Source: Lachnospiraceae bacterium (GTDB lineage Bacteria; Bacillota; Clostridia; Lachnospirales; Lachnospiraceae). From it: 64,000 nt of DNA. A model generated the notes under the pieces. The model saw only the letters and a program-made list of their open reading frames with translations. It was not told the DNA's origin and ran no database searches. Made by a program: the position numbers and the translations under genes. Shown here one piece after another: positions 62,683 through 64,000 of the stretch. The DNA lies in the NCBI GenBank assembly GCA_022769625.1, contig JALEJP010000055.1, positions 4,701-68,700 of the forward strand, given 5' to 3'. Numbering within the stretch: position 1 is the first letter of the stretch; each line of letters starts with the position of its first letter.

Positions 62683-64000
62683 CTACTTCGTTTTCACTGA
62701 TTTTGCCTTGCTCCATGCTGAGTAATATGACTTTCCGTTTACTATCATATACGTTCTTACCTGTACATAGTACTTCTTCTTAGCCTTAAGCCTGGTAATC
62801 TTCATGCTTGTCTTCTTGTAGCCCTTTACATTCTTTATCTTGACCTTTGTCATCTTCGATGATGTACTGTATCGGATCTGATATCCTTTGATCTTCGATT
62901 TCGCCATCTTTTTGGACTGTTTCTTCCACTTCACAGTGAATGCTTTCTTTGCTCCCGACACCTTGGAAATTGAGGTTCCTTTCGGGTTGATGTTAAAGTA
63001 TTCATCCATCGAGCCGGAATACTTGTCACTCGAGCTCTTAAATGTAACCGTTACCTTGTAGCTACCGACATTCTTGCGACCGCTTGCGAAGGATACCGTA
63101 TAATGGTTTGACGGGATTGTATTTCCGCCTGCATCAACAACCTGTACACTTGGCGTATTTACTCTGCCATTGTAGGTGTAGTCTGTTGGCTGAAACTTAA
63201 TGGCGGATACTTTTGGAATTACCGTTGTTTCATAGGTTTCGTTACATACCGTACAAGTCTTTACAATCTTTCCGTCTGCGTTTGCAGTTGCTTTTGTTGT
63301 GGTTGCTTTGCCATCGTGGATATGTTCCCATTTCGCATAGAATACTTTATCGCCGGTATCGGTGAAACTGATTGCCGTAACAGGGCTGCCCGTTAAAGCT
63401 TCATTGTCATACCAACCCTTGAACTTGTGGCCGGCATAGGTTATATCGTTCTCTGTCGGAAGGCTTACCCCTTCCCCGTTGGTGTAGCTGGTCACGTTCT
63501 TTCCGTCCTTGATCGTTCCGCCATTGGTGATGAGAGTCACTTTATTGGTTTTCTTCACGGTGACCATGGCGCTCTCTACAGCAGATCTGTTTCCGTTTCC
63601 GTCTTCTGCCAACAGGGAAACCAGATCACTTAATTCATTTGCCACCGTTTCCATAATTGGCTCCTCATTTTCATCAACCTGAATCTGTCCTTCTTCATCA
63701 TATACCGGTATTTCTTTCGTCAGCTCAAGCTTACCGGTATAGGAGAATCTTCCGGTTTCATCAGCAGTTGCAGCTTCTATCGGATTTCCGTAGTAGTCTT
63801 CTTCATTGAGACAAACCTTCATATTTGGTTCTGTCACGCCGGTTATGGTATATTCTCCGGTATTCGGATCAGCATATACTACGGAATCGTCCAGACTGAG
63901 CATAGGAGCGGTGTCATCCTTCTGCACCAGCAGGTATTTTGTTGTGGTGTCGGTGTAAGTGCCCTGATCCACCGCCGCATCAATCTTGAACATCACGGAA
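62683..64000 (-). CDS. cell-surface protein, 3' part (continues past the right edge): Listeria-Bacteroides repeat and a basic Fn3 C-terminus
   Basis: KVTLITNGGTIKDGK..YAGHKFKGWYDNEALTGSPV (Flg_new-type repeat) and a C-terminal lysine-rich Fn3-like module (FTVKWKKQSKK..GYQIRYSTSSK..YYVQVRTY). The frame is open to the window edge. Confidence 0.75.
   Translation of the reverse strand, partial: SVMFKIDAAVDQGTYTDTTTKYLLVQKDDTAPMLSLDDSVVYADPNTGEYTITGVTEPNMKVCLNEEDYYGNPIEAATADETGRFSYTGKLELTKEIPVYDEEGQIQVDENEEPIMETVANELSDLVSLLAEDGNGNRSAVESAMVTVKKTNKVTLITNGGTIKDGKNVTSYTNGEGVSLPTENDITYAGHKFKGWYDNEALTGSPVTAISFTDTGDKVFYAKWEHIHDGKATTTKATANADGKIVKTCTVCNETYETTVIPKVSAIKFQPTDYTYNGRVNTPSVQVVDAGGNTIPSNHYTVSFASGRKNVGSYKVTVTFKSSSDKYSGSMDEYFNINPKGTSISKVSGAKKAFTVKWKKQSKKMAKSKIKGYQIRYSTSSKMTKVKIKNVKGYKKTSMKITRLKAKKKYYVQVRTYMIVNGKSYYSAWSKAKSVKTK

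Noticed and set aside
62543-62716. The upstream extension of the RelA/SpoT-domain ORF (MEQGKISENE...).
   Set aside because: It would have to be translated across the 14-bp terminator of the upstream gene (62613-62654), and it overlaps that gene's stop. The internal ATG at 62542 is more plausible, though its RBS is weak.
1-64000. A window-wide look for rRNA, tRNA, CRISPR arrays, integrases/transposases, phage genes and toxin-antitoxin pairs.
   Set aside because: None of the intergenic gaps shows tRNA-like cloverleaf segments or short regularly spaced repeats, and no ORF has recombinase or phage hallmark motifs. The only repeats found are the riboswitch pair and the Big_2 duplication.

Overview
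The window looks like a chromosomal segment of a gut Firmicute, probably Clostridia/Lachnospiraceae. That placement is an inference from T-box and CIRCE elements, BspA-type LRR and Big_2 surface proteins, and DUF4430/ECF genes. About 90% is coding and almost all genes are on the minus strand. I saw no rRNA, tRNA, CRISPR array, transposase or prophage genes.

Gene content, left to right:
- pyrimidine genes pyrC-pyrF-pyrK-pyrD'
- a TIGR01212 radical SAM gene next to a DUF4364 gene
- rarA, a polysaccharide deacetylase, and a 1719-aa secreted GH89 alpha-N-acetylglucosaminidase
- a DUF1002 gene, a lipase-like hydrolase, and rsmA-tatD-metG behind a Met T-box leader
- two EamA transporters, a small DUF4250 gene, and clpB with a CIRCE operator over its promoter
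- a ~14 kb operon (24.1-38.2 kb), described below
- a GLUG/LRR surface protein, two decayed genes (a P-II remnant and a patatin gene with an internal deletion), ogt, an HD hydrolase, and a TauE/MarR pair
- an omega-amine catabolic cluster holding an APC permease fused to an Fe-alcohol dehydrogenase, two class-III aminotransferases, and PuuR-like and PucR regulators
- a maltose PTS/MapP/MalQ/LacI unit, an aldehyde dehydrogenase, an orphan RelA/SpoT-domain synthetase, and a partial surface protein

The main finding is the 24.1-38.2 kb operon. It has a consensus promoter followed by two tandem cobalamin riboswitches. These are followed by a cytoplasmic LRR protein, two ~1300-aa surface proteins carrying transcobalamin-like modules (alpha/alpha toroid plus DUF4430), a DUF4430 lipoprotein, and a dedicated ECF importer (T, fused A-A', S). 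I interpret it as an uncharacterised Gram-positive surface system that captures corrinoids and relays them to the importer.

All calls come from reading the sequence and the ORF translations. No searches were run, and family names and accessions are from memory.
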